Shown here piece by piece: positions 62,569-64,000 of a stretch of 64,000 nt of DNA (its first letter is position 1; the number at the start of each line of letters is the position of its first letter). Under the pieces are notes generated by a model. It was not told the DNA's origin and did not search any database. It saw only the letters and a program-made list of their open reading frames with translations. A program made the translations under genes and the position numbers. Source of the DNA: an uncultured delta proteobacterium (GTDB lineage Bacteria; Desulfobacterota; Desulfobacteria; Desulfobacterales; Desulfatirhabdiaceae); NCBI GenBank assembly GCA_963789395.1, contig CAWBKP010000011.1, forward strand, positions 1-64,000, written 5' to 3'.

Positions 62569-64000
62569 ATGGCTGTCTTGAGACGAACCAGAAAATCGAG
62601 AACAGGCAGGAAGGCGGCAGGGAGCCGGGGCGCCGAAGATACCGGTCGGGAGGATGCGGAATTGACGCCGTACGCTAGCCGATCTGGAAACCCTGCTGGC
62701 GGAACGAACCGAAAAGCTCCGGCAATCCGAAGAATACAGCCGCCTCATCCTGCAATCGGTGGCCGAAGGGATTTTCGGCACCGATACAGAAGGCCGGTGC
62801 ACCTTTGTCAATGAAGCTGCGCAGACGATGCTCGGCTACGCTTCCGATGAAATCCTCGGCAACGATGTGCACGACCAGTTCCACAATTGGAATCCCGACG
62901 GCACTCTGCACCCGCGACAGGACTGCCCGATTTATCTTGCCTACACACAGGGAATCACCCGGTTCCGGAGGGACGAGGTCTTCTGGCGCAAGGACGGATC
63001 GTGTTTTGATGTTTCCTACACCAGCGTTCCGCAGCGAAAAGGGGATGCGATCATCGGCTCGGTCGTGGTGTTCCGCGACATTACCGATCGCAAAAAAGGC
63101 GAAGATGCGCTGCGTGAAAGCGAATACCGTCTCCAGTCGATTCTGGCTACTTCCAATGAAGGGTTCTGGTGGATAAACAATGACGGGGTTACTCTTTCCG
63201 TAAATGATGCCATGTGTAAAATTCTCGGCAGGCCCGCGGAGAAGATACTCGGTAGAACGGTGTTCGAGTTCCTGGATGCGAAAAATCTTTTGATCATGAA
63301 GGAGCAGCTCCGACTAAGGGCAGTGGGTGAAACCGGCGTCTACGAGATCGCCCTCAGCAGGCCGGATGGTTCCAACGTGCCCTGTCTGTTCCACGCAACC
63401 CCGTTTTACGACAAAAACAGGATAAAAACCGGCTCCTTCGCCATGGTAACCGATATCATCGAGCGCAAGCGGATGGAAGCGGAACTCATCGAAGCCAGGA
63501 ATAATGCCTTGACCGCCACCCGTGCCAAAGGGGATTTTCTGGCCAACATGAGCCATGAAATCCGCACGCCCATGAACGCTATCCTGGGGATGGCGCATCT
63601 GGCTCTCAAAACGGATCTGACACCGAAGCAACGGGACTACCTTAACAAAATCCAGCTTTCCGCCCACTCCCTTCTGGGAGTTATCAACGACATTCTGGAT
63701 TTTTCCAAGATCGAGGCCGGAAAGCTGAGCATGGAATCCATCGGCTTTAATCTGGATGAAGTCTTGGAGAACCTGGCCACGCTGATAACGGTCAAAGCCC
63801 AGGAAAAGGAAGGGATTGAAATCTTATTCAGCACCGACGCCAATGTGCCCCGCTCGCTGGTGGGAGATCCCCTGCGGTTAAGTCAAATACTGACAAACCT
63901 GCTCAACAACGCCGTCAAGTTCACCAATCATGGTGAAATCGTGGTTTCAGCGGAGCTCTTTGATATGGGGACGTATCGTGCGGAAATAAAATTCTCCGTG
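62569..64000 (+). CDS. PAS-domain hybrid-type histidine kinase (5' frameshift; truncated by the window)
   Basis: Open frame from about 62680: two PAS domains, FLANMSHEIRTPMNAILG, DILDFSKIEAG, GDPLRL, NNAVKFT. Confidence 0.85.

Noticed and set aside
208..62700. More than 20 frameshifted genes read as pseudogenes or programmed frameshifts
   Set aside because: The shifts are single-base, scattered across unrelated genes and often in homopolymers, with motifs intact on both sides. This pattern fits uncorrected long-read indels. Indels do not explain in-frame TGA at Cys positions.
1..64000. CRISPR arrays, tRNA (including selC), rRNA, transposases, integrases or prophage genes
   Set aside because: None was recognised by eye; a tRNA or covariance-model scan was not possible.

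Overview
A 64 kb bacterial region; the gene content (sigma54 regulators, BzaF, MtrH-like methyltransferase) suggests an anaerobic Desulfobacterota-like organism, which is an inference. It is devoted to cobamide-dependent methyl transfer and cobamide supply. It encodes four MtaA/URO-D-family methyltransferases, two corrinoid proteins, an MtrH-like methyltransferase, a RamA-type activator, four CobW GTPases, DUF2284 and DUF1638 proteins, a CbbQ-VWA pair, a Cbi-type ECF transporter, two adenosyltransferases, a CbiR-like enzyme and a riboswitch-controlled bzaF-cobT-bzaC-bzaD-bzaE operon. Two cobalamin riboswitches are present. The main hidden signal is selenocysteine recoding that the ORF track misses. 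Ten in-frame TGA codons occur in eight genes, most at positions where paralogues or family motifs have Cys, and each is followed 13-24 nt later by a short hairpin with G at loop position 1-2 (SECIS-like). Seven of them lie in five consecutive genes of an ArsR-led operon (56079-60359). The other three are in an MtaA-type methyltransferase (PG-U-D), a CobW GTPase (GG-U-VGC) and a UxxC thioredoxin-like protein. No sel machinery genes are in the window. More than 20 genes carry single-base frameshifts, which I treat as uncorrected sequencing indels.
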